From: a virus | Lineage: Duplodnaviria; Caudoviricetes | IMG/VR virus record: IMGVR_UViG_3300027861_000036 | Coordinates: 1-58,190 of that record | DNA: 58,190 bases | Reading direction: 5' to 3' (one strand) | Shown: positions 8,672 through 19,224 of the stretch, in pieces | Layout of the letters: every line of letters begins with the position of its first letter | Position numbering within the stretch: the stretch's first letter is position 1 | Program-made: the position numbers and the translations under genes | The notes under the pieces: model-generated | Seen by the model: only the letters and a program-made list of their open reading frames with translations | Databases searched by the model: none | Told to the model about the DNA's origin: nothing

Positions 8672-11427
8672 TGAAAGTATTTAACGCATTACAATTAAAG
8701 AAAGGAGCTAAAGGTGAAGGACACTCTCCATCTTCAAGCCTTACACAACCAATTCAATTCCTATCAGCAAAGAAAAAAAATGATGATTGGGCTGCATGGA
8801 ATATAGATTGGCTTGAACTACAGGGAATTGAGTTTTTAAGATTAAACTCAAGAAGACTTCTAAAAAATTATAAACTTGCCAAAGGAATTATAGATAAGAC
8901 AGATTATATTATAGAGGAAGATAATGACTATAAAGATCTTGTTGATGTATTAACTAAAGAAGATGAATCTGCATTAGAGTTAAAGTTTTACCCTATTATA
9001 CCAAATGTAATTAACGTTCTCTCAGGAGAATTCTCTAAAAGATTCTCTAAAGTACAATTCAGAGCTGTTGATGACCTTTCATATAATGAGATGCTTGAGC
9101 AGAAAAGAGGGATGATAGAAGAAAATCTTCTGGCGGATGCTGAATCTAAACTTTTAGCTAAGATGTTAGAGATGGGTGCAGACCCTCAAAGTGAAGAGTT
9201 TCAACAACAGTTATCTCCTGAAAATTTAAAGACATTACCTGAGATAGAAGATTTCTTTAGTAAGGATTACCGTAGTTTAGTGGAAGAGTGGGCATCACAT
9301 CAGTTAAACGTTGATGATGAAAGATTTAAAATGCAGGAGCTTGAGGAAAGAGCATTCCGTGATATGCTTATTACAGACAGGGAGTTCTGGCATTTTAAAA
9401 TGATGGAGGATGATTATGATTTAGAACTTTGGAATCCAATACTAACATTTTATCAGAAATCTCCAGATACAAGATATATATCAGAATCTAATTATGTAGG
9501 TAAACTTGATTTAATAACTGTATCAGATGTTATAGATAAGTATGGTTATCTCATGAGTGAGAAACAATTAAGTTCTTTACAAGATATATATCCTGCAAGA
9601 TCAGCTCTTTATCAAGTGAATGGTTATCAAAATGATGGAACATATTATGACCCAAGCAGATCCCATAAGTGGAATACAGAAATGCCGGGGTTAGCTTATA
9701 GACAATATGTAAGTAATTGGTCTAATGATCCAGGTAAAGGAGGAGATGTTGTAAGTGCTATTTTAAATGAGAGTGAGGATTTAACAGCGTGGGGAGAAGG
9801 TGAGCTATTAAGAGTGAGCACTGTATATTGGAAAACCCAAAGAAAAATAGGTCATCTTATTAGTATAAGTGAAGATGGTGAAATTGTGCAGGATTTAATT
9901 GATGAAACATATAAAATTACTGTAAAACCTCTTTATGATAGTAGTATAATTAAACAGAAATCTAAAGAAACTCTTGTCTATGGAGAACATATAGATTGGA
10001 TTTGGATTAATGAAGTGTGGGGTGGTGTAAAAATAGGACCTAATCTACCTGCATTTTGGAGATCTAATATAGGAGATAATCTAAACCCTATATATTTAGG
10101 TATTAATAGAAAAAAACCTGGACGTATCCCATTTCAATTTAAGGGTTCTAAAACCCTTTATGGCTGCAAGCTCCCTGTAGAAGGCAGAGTATTCTCTGAT
10201 AGAAATACAAGATCTGTAGCTCTTGTTGATTTAATGAAAGCATATCAGGTAGGGTATAATATGGTGAATAACCAAATTGCAGATATCCTTATTGATGAGT
10301 TGGGTACTGTTATAATGTTTGACCAAAATGCTTTACCAAGACACTCAATGGGTGAAGATTGGGGTAAAGGGAATTATGCTAAAGCATATGTGGCAATGAA
10401 AGATTTTCAAATGCTACCATTAGATACCTCTATTACTAATACAGAAAACGCTACAAATTTCAATCATTACCAAACTCTGAATATGGAGCAAACTAATAGG
10501 TTGATGTCAAGAATTCAATTAGCTAATTATTTTAAACAGCAATGTTTTGAAGCTATTGGAGTAAACCAACAACGTTTAGGAGCTCCTATTGGACAACAAA
10601 CAGCTACCGGTGTAACACAAGCTCTTAATCAATCATATGCTCAAACAGAAGTTTATTTTACACAGCACTCAGATCAATTGATGCCCAGAGTACATCAGAT
10701 GAGAACTGATTTAGCACAGTTTTATTGTAGTACAAACCCCAGTGTAAGATTAAGCTATACAAACTCTGAAGCAGAAAAGATTAACTTTATCATCAATGGT
10801 ACAGATCTTTTACTAAGAGATTTTAATGTATTTGCAACTACTAAAACAAATCATAGAGCTATTCTTGACCAATTGAAACAATTAGCAATTCAGAATAATA
10901 CATCAGGAGCATCTATATATGATCTTGGTAATATTATTAAAGCTGATTCTATTGCTGAAGTTTCAGACATATTAAAAGATGCTGAAGCTAAACAGCAGGG
11001 TATGAAAGAACAAGAGATGCAACAACAACAACAAATGCAACAAGAGCAGATACAAGCTCAACAACAACAGGAGCAGATGAAGTTGCAGTTTGAATCTCAG
11101 GAGAATGATAAAGAAAGACAAAAAGATATTACTGTAGCAGAAATCAGAGCTGCAGGTTATGGTGGTGGGCAAGATGTTAATCAAAATTTAGAATCTGATT
11201 ATGTAGATGCAATGAAAGACATCCGGGAAACTACTAAGTATAGAGAACAGATGAATATGAAAAGAGAGGAGATGGTAAATACTAATAGTCTTAGCAAAGA
11301 GAAAATGAATGTTGAGAGAGAACGTTTAAAAACTCAAAGAGATATTGCAGCTAATAACTTGGAGATAGCCAGAGAAAATAAAAACAAGTATGATGTAGAA
11401 TCAAAAAAGAAAAAGAAAGATAAATGA
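8671..11427 (+). CDS. Portal protein (crAss-like)
   Basis: 918 aa directly after TerL; FYPIIPNVINVLSGE, GVNQQRLG and a Q-rich coiled-coil C-terminus as in podophage portals. Confidence 0.85.
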   Translation: MKVFNALQLKKGAKGEGHSPSSSLTQPIQFLSAKKKNDDWAAWNIDWLELQGIEFLRLNSRRLLKNYKLAKGIIDKTDYIIEEDNDYKDLVDVLTKEDESALELKFYPIIPNVINVLSGEFSKRFSKVQFRAVDDLSYNEMLEQKRGMIEENLLADAESKLLAKMLEMGADPQSEEFQQQLSPENLKTLPEIEDFFSKDYRSLVEEWASHQLNVDDERFKMQELEERAFRDMLITDREFWHFKMMEDDYDLELWNPILTFYQKSPDTRYISESNYVGKLDLITVSDVIDKYGYLMSEKQLSSLQDIYPARSALYQVNGYQNDGTYYDPSRSHKWNTEMPGLAYRQYVSNWSNDPGKGGDVVSAILNESEDLTAWGEGELLRVSTVYWKTQRKIGHLISISEDGEIVQDLIDETYKITVKPLYDSSIIKQKSKETLVYGEHIDWIWINEVWGGVKIGPNLPAFWRSNIGDNLNPIYLGINRKKPGRIPFQFKGSKTLYGCKLPVEGRVFSDRNTRSVALVDLMKAYQVGYNMVNNQIADILIDELGTVIMFDQNALPRHSMGEDWGKGNYAKAYVAMKDFQMLPLDTSITNTENATNFNHYQTLNMEQTNRLMSRIQLANYFKQQCFEAIGVNQQRLGAPIGQQTATGVTQALNQSYAQTEVYFTQHSDQLMPRVHQMRTDLAQFYCSTNPSVRLSYTNSEAEKINFIINGTDLLLRDFNVFATTKTNHRAILDQLKQLAIQNNTSGASIYDLGNIIKADSIAEVSDILKDAEAKQQGMKEQEMQQQQQMQQEQIQAQQQQEQMKLQFESQENDKERQKDITVAEIRAAGYGGGQDVNQNLESDYVDAMKDIRETTKYREQMNMKREEMVNTNSLSKEKMNVERERLKTQRDIAANNLEIARENKNKYDVESKKKKKDK

Positions 11428-11777
11428 AACTGACATCTACACATATTATATTCATTGTGCAATCAGTTTTTATACTGATATTATTCTTAGTGATAGTGTT
11501 TAGAAAACCGCCATCACCAACAGTAGTAGATTACAATAGAATAAAATCTCAAATAGAAGAATCTATAAATACACTTAAGTCTGAATTTGATTCCCTGAGT
11601 GGAGAAAATACACTTCTTTATAAAAAGATGGACTCCTTGAAATACCAGATGCCGGATAATAAGAAAAGCTTAGATAAGATTAACAGAGAAATAAAAAGAT
11701 TAAATGAAACATATATTATTAGTAATTATAGGGATAGCTCTGATGCTGCCCTCATCCGCAGACTGTCAGGAGGATAA
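11424..11777 (+). CDS. Membrane-anchored coiled-coil protein (i-spanin-like)
   Basis: N-terminal TM helix (IIFIVQSVFILILFLVIVF), Pro linker, heptad region. Confidence 0.55.
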   Translation: MKLTSTHIIFIVQSVFILILFLVIVFRKPPSPTVVDYNRIKSQIEESINTLKSEFDSLSGENTLLYKKMDSLKYQMPDNKKSLDKINREIKRLNETYIISNYRDSSDAALIRRLSGG

Positions 11778-12138
11778 AGTTCTGATTGAAAGAGATGTGC
11801 TTATAAGAATAGCATCTCAACTGGATAGTTTTGAGGTTCTAAAAAAATTAGAGATTGAATATCTTTCTTTTAAAGACTCTTGTGTTATATTAACAAATAC
11901 TCAAATGGAGTATATAGGAACACAGGATATGTTGATATTTAATAAGAGTAAGCAAATAGAAAATTTACAAGCCTCAGAAACTGAGTATAAAGGATTAGTT
12001 GATATTAATGAAAATCTTGTAAAAGTATATCAGAAAAAAGCTAAAATTGGAAGACGTAATACTGTTATTAGTCTTGTAGGCGGAGGAGTTTTAACACTAG
12101 GATTAACAACAGCTTTGATAATAAGCATAGTTCAATAG
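11704..12138 (+). CDS. Signal-peptide protein with a C-terminal TM helix (spanin-like)
   Basis: MKHILLVIIGIALMLPSSADC leader, coiled coil, C-terminal VISLVGGGVLTLGLTTALIISIV; overlaps the previous ORF by 74 nt. Confidence 0.55.
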   Translation: MKHILLVIIGIALMLPSSADCQEDKVLIERDVLIRIASQLDSFEVLKKLEIEYLSFKDSCVILTNTQMEYIGTQDMLIFNKSKQIENLQASETEYKGLVDINENLVKVYQKKAKIGRRNTVISLVGGGVLTLGLTTALIISIVQ

Positions 12139-12200
12139 TGCTTATTTAAGAAATTAAGTAAAATATTAAATAAGGATAGTTCTTAATAAAGATAAGTATT

Positions 12201-12325
12201 GGGGGAGTTTAAATCTATTCTTGGTAGGACATTTATTTTACTTCCCCTTTATTTGTTTGATTTGTGTTTTTAATTTGTGCGCTAGGGAGTTAGGTTTCAA
12301 GTGCTTAGCTCTCTAGTTTTATTTT
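12201..12325 (+). terminator. Hairpin, U/G-rich linker, then intrinsic terminator (possible sRNA)
   Basis: Stem 12201-12208/12240-12247; 14-bp stem 12281-12294/12304-12317 with G.U pairs on +, followed by TTTATTTT. Confidence 0.6.
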
Positions 12326-12328
12326 ATT

Positions 12329-12517
12329 ATGAAAAAAAAAGAAAATTTACTTGCTGTAATTAGTAGTCCTGAATACAATGCTACAGTTACAGCTTTTGTT
12401 GTTAACAGCACAGTTAGCATTAAGGGTTTAGTGTACAATGTGGAAAACAAGAAGAATACTAATTATGAAGTAAATCTTGTATTATTCCCTGATGGTACAG
12501 CTAGAGTCATAGAATAA
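12329..12517 (+). CDS. Small hypothetical protein
   Basis: 62-aa ORF filling the gap, with an alternating beta-strand-like pattern. Confidence 0.4.
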   Translation: MKKKENLLAVISSPEYNATVTAFVVNSTVSIKGLVYNVENKKNTNYEVNLVLFPDGTARVIE

Positions 12518-12591
12518 AAGCCTTATATTTTTTTTAGCTATATACTATTTAAATTATTTTTTATACAAAAATATTTTAAGTTTAAAAGATA

Positions 12592-12608
12592 TAACTTTGC
12601 GTATATTA
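12592..12608 (+). promoter_or_regulatory. Putative promoter for the capsid genes
   Basis: TAACTTTG (TAnnTTTG) then CGTATATTA, about 40 nt before the scaffold-like gene. Confidence 0.4.
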
Positions 12609-12640
12609 TCTTATAATTAATTTTTAAAACCAACTATATT

Positions 12641-13897
12641 ATGACAAACGAAACAAAAAACATGGAGACATCTGTGGAAACAGTAGACATTAACCTTGAT
12701 GAAATTTTTGATGGTGCTCCATCTGCAGAAGGTGTTACATTACCTGAAGAAACTAAAGGTAATATTTTTAAAAACTTAAGTAGTGATGTTGATTTAACAT
12801 TTGCAGAAACCGCTGATGTAGAAGAAACTGAAGAAACTGAAACAGAAGAAACTGGAGCAGAATTCAAAGCTGAAACTTTTAAAAAAGCTGAAGAAGTATT
12901 TGATGAATTAGATGATTTAGATGATGAAGTAGAACAAAAAGTAGAAAAAAGAGGAAGAAAAAGAATAAGTGGTATTTCTGATGTATTTTCAAAGCTTATT
13001 AAAGATGATAAGATTGTTCCGTTTGATGATGATAAAAATTTAGAAGATTATTCTGCTAAAGACTGGGAAGAACTTATTGAAGCTAACCTTGAAGAAAGGG
13101 CTAATCAAGTAAGAAGAGAAACCCCTAAGCAGTTTTTTGAAAGTTTACCTGAAGAATTACAAATTGCAGCAAGATATGTAGCTGATGGAGGTCAGGATTT
13201 AAAAGGTTTGTTTTCTACATTAGCTTATGTTGAAGAATCCAGACAACTTGATGTATCTGATGAAGGAGATCAAGAATCAATTATTAGAGAATATCTTTCT
13301 GTTACAGGATATGGTGATAGAGAAGAGATAGAAGAAGAAATTGAAATTTGGAAAGATTTAGGAAAGCTTGAAAAACAAGCTTCTAAATTTAAACCAAAGT
13401 TAGACAAGATGAAAGAACAGGTTGTTGCTAGAAAGCTGCAAGAGCAGGAAATGAAAAGAGCACAGCAAGAACAAGCATCAAAGCAATATATGTCTAACGT
13501 ATATCATACGTTAAAAGATGGTACATTAGGTGATGTTAGAGTTGATAAAAAAACACAAGCCATGCTTTATAATGGCTTAGTGCAACCTAACTATCCTTCA
13601 GTAAGTGGTAGAAATACAAATCTATTAGGGCATCTTTTAGAAAAATACCAATTTGTTGAACCTAATTACACATTAATTGCAGAAGCTTTATGGTTATTGT
13701 CAGATCCTGTACAGTATAAAGCAAAGATAATGAGTAAAGGAGCACAGAAAAACATAGAGAAAACTGTTAGAAAGCTTAAAACAGAACAAGCTAATAATAC
13801 TACTACTTCTCACGGCATTCAAAAAACTGAACAAGCCGCAAGTAGAAAATCAAAAAAGAAATTACAAAGATCAAATAACATATTTAGAAGAATTTAA
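12641..13897 (+). CDS. Acidic scaffolding-like protein
   Basis: Very D/E-rich N-half, coiled coil and basic C-tail; directly upstream of the MCP as in crAss-like phages. Confidence 0.7.
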   Translation: MTNETKNMETSVETVDINLDEIFDGAPSAEGVTLPEETKGNIFKNLSSDVDLTFAETADVEETEETETEETGAEFKAETFKKAEEVFDELDDLDDEVEQKVEKRGRKRISGISDVFSKLIKDDKIVPFDDDKNLEDYSAKDWEELIEANLEERANQVRRETPKQFFESLPEELQIAARYVADGGQDLKGLFSTLAYVEESRQLDVSDEGDQESIIREYLSVTGYGDREEIEEEIEIWKDLGKLEKQASKFKPKLDKMKEQVVARKLQEQEMKRAQQEQASKQYMSNVYHTLKDGTLGDVRVDKKTQAMLYNGLVQPNYPSVSGRNTNLLGHLLEKYQFVEPNYTLIAEALWLLSDPVQYKAKIMSKGAQKNIEKTVRKLKTEQANNTTTSHGIQKTEQAASRKSKKKLQRSNNIFRRI

Positions 13898-13929
13898 TTA
13901 ATTATAAACATTTTAATAAATTATCAATT

Positions 13930-15546
13930 ATGGCAACTCCGGTTTTAAATAATGGAATTTTCCTTAGGGATACTAACTATAAAGCTAGTTCACATATTGA
14001 TTCATATCACCTGACTCAAATGCTTGGGTCTGCAGAACCTATGGATATGGGACCTGTAGATTTATGGGCTATGACACAAAAGGTAGAAATGCCTTTGTAT
14101 CAAATGGCTTCTTTTGGTGGTAAGAATACAATTCTTGTGGATAATGCACGTGGTGAGTATAAATGGCAAACTCCTGTTGCACAAGATTTACCTTATATTG
14201 TTGGGGATATAGATCCAGGATTCGCAACTAAAGGTATTGACGGGCATACATTTAGGGTTAAATTATCAAAAAGATCATTTGGGCATGGTGATATTATCAC
14301 TTATGACAAATATAATGGTCTTGAACTTTACATTACAGCAGATGATATTCTACCTGCAGGTGATGGTTTTATTTACACAGTTCAACTTGTAAATAATAAT
14401 AACAATGCTTTTCTTGACAATGCTTATTTAGCTTCTGGTACTAAGTACTTCCGTAAAGGTTCTGCCAGAGGTGAGTATGGTGAAAGATTTTCTGACATCC
14501 AAACAGGATCTGGTTTCCGTGAATTCTACAACTTTGTAGGTGGTGCTGAAGCTCATGTTCATTATTCTATTTCATCTAAGGCAGACCTTATGATTAAAGG
14601 TGGTCTTAATGCTGATGGAACAGTACCTGTAACGGAAATTTGGAGAAATTTTGATACTGGAGCAAACAAATCTGTTGCAAGTATTGAAGAACTTGTTGCA
14701 GGCATGGGTAAAGCAGGTGCTAAAAAAGCATTTGACAACGGTTCTTTATCAAGAACGTTTATTACAAATCTTGAAGCGGCTCATTTATCTAAAATTGCAA
14801 ATGACATTGAGTGTTATTTAATGTGGGGTAAAGGTGGTAGAATCAAGCAAGATGGTCCTGATGATATCAGACTTTCTGTAGGTCTTTGGACACAGCTTGA
14901 TAACTCATTTAAAAGAGTGTATAACAAAGCTTCATTTAATCTTGACATGTTTAAGTCTGAACTTTATAACTTTTATCAAGGTAAAGTTGAGTTTAAAGGT
15001 CCGGATCCAAAAAGACAACTCATTGTTCAAACAGGTATTGGCGGTATGCAGTTGATTAATAAAGCTATTGCTGATGAAGTTTATGGTTCAGGTCTTGTAC
15101 AGAATGCCACTGAAATTGGGGCTGTATCTGGAAAAGGTATGGATCTTGACTTTGGATTTGCATATACAAGCTTTACAATTCCATTCCTTGCTAACGTTAA
15201 GTTTGTTCTTAATCCTGCATTTGACAACCTCCATACAAATGATATTGAGAATCCTCTTATTGATGGAAGACCTCTAAGCTCATTTAGCTTTATCATTTTT
15301 GATGTAACTGAAGAAGGTAATGATAACATTCACTTATTGAAACTATCCTGGGATAATCAACTGAAGTGGTTCTATCAAAATGGAACTATGGATTATATGG
15401 GAAGAACTCAAGGGTTTGCATCTACCGGAAACTTCAATGGCTATAGAGTTTATATGACTCAGACTATGCCAGCGATTTGGGTGAAAGATCCAACTAAAGT
15501 TTTAAAAATTGTTATGAGGAATCCTGTAACAGGAGGCTCATTCTAA
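13930..15546 (+). CDS. Major capsid protein
   Basis: 538 aa in the MCP position; YLMWGKGG, GLWTQL, VQTGIGG and IWVKDPTK resemble crAss-like MCPs; high-expression codon usage; followed by a terminator. Confidence 0.85.
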   Translation: MATPVLNNGIFLRDTNYKASSHIDSYHLTQMLGSAEPMDMGPVDLWAMTQKVEMPLYQMASFGGKNTILVDNARGEYKWQTPVAQDLPYIVGDIDPGFATKGIDGHTFRVKLSKRSFGHGDIITYDKYNGLELYITADDILPAGDGFIYTVQLVNNNNNAFLDNAYLASGTKYFRKGSARGEYGERFSDIQTGSGFREFYNFVGGAEAHVHYSISSKADLMIKGGLNADGTVPVTEIWRNFDTGANKSVASIEELVAGMGKAGAKKAFDNGSLSRTFITNLEAAHLSKIANDIECYLMWGKGGRIKQDGPDDIRLSVGLWTQLDNSFKRVYNKASFNLDMFKSELYNFYQGKVEFKGPDPKRQLIVQTGIGGMQLINKAIADEVYGSGLVQNATEIGAVSGKGMDLDFGFAYTSFTIPFLANVKFVLNPAFDNLHTNDIENPLIDGRPLSSFSFIIFDVTEEGNDNIHLLKLSWDNQLKWFYQNGTMDYMGRTQGFASTGNFNGYRVYMTQTMPAIWVKDPTKVLKIVMRNPVTGGSF

Positions 15547-15559
15547 TAGTATACTTTAA

Positions 15560-15588
15560 GGGAGGGGCTAACACCTCTCCCATTTTTT
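15560..15588 (+). terminator. Intrinsic terminator after the MCP
   Basis: GGGAGGGG-ctaaca-CCTCTCCC followed by ATTTTTT. Confidence 0.8.
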
Positions 15589-15607
15589 GATTTTAAAATA
15601 AAAAGAT

Positions 15608-15817
15608 ATGTCTATTTATAAAAAAGCTCCGTTTACAAAGGTGACAGAACTAACAAATTCACCGGTATCTAAACTTGTAGCATCTAAAGGAGCAGGTAAA
15701 GAATTAAGAATATTTGCCAATAATGCTGCTGCCAAAGCTGCAGGATTAGCTAATGGAGATTTATATATTGAACAAGTTTTAAATCAGCAGTTATTGTGCG
15801 TTGTTCACACAGTTTAA
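15608..15817 (+). CDS. Small virion (head fibre/decoration-like) protein
   Basis: FANNAAAKAAGLANGDLY resembles a short motif seen in phage fibre proteins. Confidence 0.55.
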   Translation: MSIYKKAPFTKVTELTNSPVSKLVASKGAGKELRIFANNAAAKAAGLANGDLYIEQVLNQQLLCVVHTV

Positions 15818-15844
15818 CATTTTAAAATAAAAACCAACAAAATT

Positions 15845-16861
15845 ATGAGTGATTACACAATTATAGAAAAATATCAACAAAGTAAAAGCAAGTCTATTGC
15901 TATTAGACCTTATTTTAATCCTAATAAAGAAAATATGGGTTTACAGCAATATGGGATGGCTTTACATGATGGTGTTTGGCATCAGGAATCTTTAGCTTGT
16001 TTAGAAATGAATGGGATTAAAAGATATGTTACAGGACTAAATGAATTTGCACCAGAGGTTAAACTCTTGCCCCCTGGTGAAAAAGAAATTAAAATAAAAG
16101 AAATAAGAAAGGTTATTGCACAGTTAGAACAAGATTTAGCGGCTAATGTTATTGATCCGGAAGATAAAGAATTTTGGAATAAGGTGACATTATTAAAACC
16201 CGGTAATGATAAGTTTTGGTCTAAGATTCAAATAAGATGTGGCAATGAACCTGTTTATTTAGATCCTGTAAAAGACCCTTATGATTTAATAAAACTATAT
16301 GCTATTAATGCGGGTGGTTTTTCTATAGTTGCTAAATCATTAAAGGCTGTAAAATCCTCTGTTAAAGAACAAAAATTTTATTTAGATCAATTAGAGGAAA
16401 CAGTTAGTACAAGAACTGAGTATAAGAAGTTAAGGAATAAAGCACTTGCACAACTACAAAACTTATTTGATAAGAACTCAACTAAATTATTGTATGTTGC
16501 TAAATGTGTGGATATTGATAGTACTCAGTATGTTAAATCTACACCAAATGATATTGTTTATGAAAACATGGATAACCATATAAATGGTGATGGTGGAGAA
16601 TCAAACAAAAAAAGAGCTGCGCAATCATTTATAGATGCAGCAAAAGATACAATGAAAAACCTAAAGTTAAAAGCTTTAGTCAAAGATGCTTTATTTTATA
16701 GGTTTATTACACCTAAAGCTAATGGCTGGATTGAAACTTTAGATGGCAACGTTAAGTTGGGTAAAAAAACCACAGAAGTTGTTGCTCATTTAAAAAATCC
16801 TGAAAATGAGGAAACTTTAAATGCGCTTATGGATAAGGTTCAAGCTTATTGGAATACATAA
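15845..16861 (+). CDS. Conserved crAss-like head-module protein of unknown function
   Basis: 338 aa in the post-MCP block; AAAACCAAC leader. Confidence 0.7.
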   Translation: MSDYTIIEKYQQSKSKSIAIRPYFNPNKENMGLQQYGMALHDGVWHQESLACLEMNGIKRYVTGLNEFAPEVKLLPPGEKEIKIKEIRKVIAQLEQDLAANVIDPEDKEFWNKVTLLKPGNDKFWSKIQIRCGNEPVYLDPVKDPYDLIKLYAINAGGFSIVAKSLKAVKSSVKEQKFYLDQLEETVSTRTEYKKLRNKALAQLQNLFDKNSTKLLYVAKCVDIDSTQYVKSTPNDIVYENMDNHINGDGGESNKKRAAQSFIDAAKDTMKNLKLKALVKDALFYRFITPKANGWIETLDGNVKLGKKTTEVVAHLKNPENEETLNALMDKVQAYWNT

Positions 16862-16873
16862 AAATATTCAGAT

Positions 16874-17581
16874 ATGAATAATGATACCCTTAAAATAAAG
16901 CTTAAACAGAGGCTTAATAAATTAGCAAGTAATGATTATGACAATATAGAAAATTGGCAGATCATTGAAGCTTTTAATAAAGCTCAGATTGAGTGGGTAA
17001 GAAGACAGTTACATGGAAATAATCTTTATAAAGAAGGTGATGAGCTTTCAAAAAGAAGAATTGATGATTTACAAATTCTCTTGGTTGAATTACCATTAAC
17101 AGGTAGTGAAGATGACAGGTATTTTGAATCTGATAATTTCCCTGTAAATACATACTTGGAATATAAAAGGATCAGTGCTAAAGCAACCAATAATTGCTGC
17201 ACTGAACCTTTTTTAATGACCGTCTATTTAGCTGAAGAAGCTAATGTTGAGCTTATTTTTAGAGATCCTTTAAAAAATCCAAACTTTGAATGGGGTGAAA
17301 CATTCTGTACAATGTTGGGTAATAAAATAAGGATTTATAGAATGCCTGACTTTAGCATTGTATCACCGGTATTAACTTATTATAGAAAGCCAACATACAT
17401 ACAATTTCTAGGTGTTTTAAATCCATATACATCAACAGTATCTGTAGTTGATGTACCTTGTGAGTTTAAAGATGATATTGTTGAGTTAATGTTAGATGAT
17501 ACAGCAGCTATAATAGCTGGAGATATTGCAGATTTCAATCAAATGCAAAGAGAACAACAAGCTGCAGAAAGAAATAATTAA
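16874..17581 (+). CDS. Head-tail connector/ring protein
   Basis: FNKAQ...V, DDLQ.LL and YYRKP motifs typical of crAss-like ring proteins. Confidence 0.65.
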   Translation: MNNDTLKIKLKQRLNKLASNDYDNIENWQIIEAFNKAQIEWVRRQLHGNNLYKEGDELSKRRIDDLQILLVELPLTGSEDDRYFESDNFPVNTYLEYKRISAKATNNCCTEPFLMTVYLAEEANVELIFRDPLKNPNFEWGETFCTMLGNKIRIYRMPDFSIVSPVLTYYRKPTYIQFLGVLNPYTSTVSVVDVPCEFKDDIVELMLDDTAAIIAGDIADFNQMQREQQAAERNN

Positions 17582-17665
17582 AAACTGTAGTGTTATCTTT
17601 GGATTGATTTTAAATTTTATTATATTATATATTATTTTCGTTTAGTAAATTAAAACTTTTTAAAA

Positions 17666-19159
17666 ATGGCTTATTTTAATCATGCATTTTGCAAATCATT
17701 CCTAGCAACTTCAATAGTTGCTGATGGAGTAAATACATCCGCATTTACAGCAGGTGAGTTTGGTGCTGTAGAAGGACCTTATGATTGGTTGTCAGTTATG
17801 CCTCCAACAGGTCTTACAACAAATAACTTACTGTTTTTAGTGCAGGGTAGTTTTCACACACAGGATCAAATTGGTAATAACCCAGGTCATGGCGGTTATT
17901 CAGAATCAATTAAATCCAAAGGTATAAACCCACGGTATGTAACAAGGCTTTATTCTTCTAGTTGTCAAACAGCTACTGCTGCAACAACTCAGATTTGTGT
18001 TGCTTCTGATTGCGCACCTTGTGGAGAGAATTTATTTGTACGCTTAGATGTTAAGGGTTCCCCTGCATTACGCTTTCTAAACCACAATGCTTATGCAATT
18101 GGTGATAGCTCAGGTGATGCTGCTGCAAATGGAGGTCCACTTCCAGGACTTTGTTGTGCAGATACTCAGGAATTCCTTGATCCGGCTATGGCTTTAGCAG
18201 GTGCTATGCAAATGGTATTAGCTGATCCAATTATAGCACCGTTTGTTGCTGAAAGTGGTGCAGGAATGGCAGTAACTAAAGATGCTGCTTCACCTCAAAC
18301 TGATTTTGATGGTATTACCACGTTTAGTGCAATTGTTCCTGGTACAACTTATGTTACTGCTACAAATGTACCTGTAACAGGTGGTACTGGAACAGGAGGT
18401 ACTGTAGATATTACAGCAGTTGCTGGAGCAGTTACTGCTGCGGTAGTCAACAATCCCGGAAACGGTTATACACTTGGTGATGTAGTAACCATAACAGGTG
18501 GTGATGGAGCTGCAACATTAACATTAGCTACTCCATCTGCAGATGCAGGCAGCTTTACATTTTCTCAAATACTTAATGGACCTTATGATCCTTCTGTTGA
18601 TCCAGTAGCTGATGTGGTTACTGCTTGTGCATCAGTAGTTGGTGCATATGTTGACTCACAGTTTGGTATTTGTTCATTTGATACCAGAGATCATTATGAA
18701 ATGGAACCTGTGCAAATTATAGGATCTGTTCTTGATGAAACAGGTAATCCTTGTAATGATTGCGGTGTTATTACAAACACAGAAGGTGTTATGGAGCAAA
18801 TGTCAGGTGAAACTGTACTAAGACAATTACTACTTACAGAAGCTTATCTTCAAAACCCTTATAATCAAGGTAATAAAGATAGTGCAAGAATCAGACAGAT
18901 TGAATTATCTGATGATATAACAGGTGCTGTAACTAGAGCAGATCTTTATAAAACATATTATCTACAACACAGTATTCCAAGAATGAACAATCCTTCTGGA
19001 GTATTTGATAATGATCAATATGTTTATCAAATATTTGTCAAATGCGATGATGCAACAACAATTGCTGCTATGGAAACATTGTGGGGTGGTATTGCAACTC
19101 TTTGTGGTACTTATGGTAATCCAATTGCATATGATCCTGATGCTGATATTATAGTATAA
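17666..19159 (+). CDS. Abundant structural protein (auxiliary capsid-like) with a Gly/Thr-rich insertion
   Basis: High-expression codon bias and its own terminator; inserted GGTGTGGTVDITAVAGAVTAAVVNNPGNGYTLGD unit of fibre type. Confidence 0.6.
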   Translation: MAYFNHAFCKSFLATSIVADGVNTSAFTAGEFGAVEGPYDWLSVMPPTGLTTNNLLFLVQGSFHTQDQIGNNPGHGGYSESIKSKGINPRYVTRLYSSSCQTATAATTQICVASDCAPCGENLFVRLDVKGSPALRFLNHNAYAIGDSSGDAAANGGPLPGLCCADTQEFLDPAMALAGAMQMVLADPIIAPFVAESGAGMAVTKDAASPQTDFDGITTFSAIVPGTTYVTATNVPVTGGTGTGGTVDITAVAGAVTAAVVNNPGNGYTLGDVVTITGGDGAATLTLATPSADAGSFTFSQILNGPYDPSVDPVADVVTACASVVGAYVDSQFGICSFDTRDHYEMEPVQIIGSVLDETGNPCNDCGVITNTEGVMEQMSGETVLRQLLLTEAYLQNPYNQGNKDSARIRQIELSDDITGAVTRADLYKTYYLQHSIPRMNNPSGVFDNDQYVYQIFVKCDDATTIAAMETLWGGIATLCGTYGNPIAYDPDADIIV

Positions 19160-19170
19160 TGTTTATTACA

Positions 19171-19211
19171 TAAGAAGGTAGTGTTAACAGCACTGCCTTC
19201 TTACTTTATTT
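19171..19211 (+). terminator. Intrinsic terminator
   Basis: 15-bp stem TAAGAAGGTAGTGTT/AGCACTGCCTTCTTA followed by CTTTATTT. Confidence 0.75.
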
Positions 19212-19224
19212 AAAAATAAGAATA

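Noticed and set aside
6485-15546. Introns or inteins in terL, portal or MCP
   Set aside because: The ORFs are continuous and of plausible length; no intein or LAGLIDADG/HNH motifs were seen.
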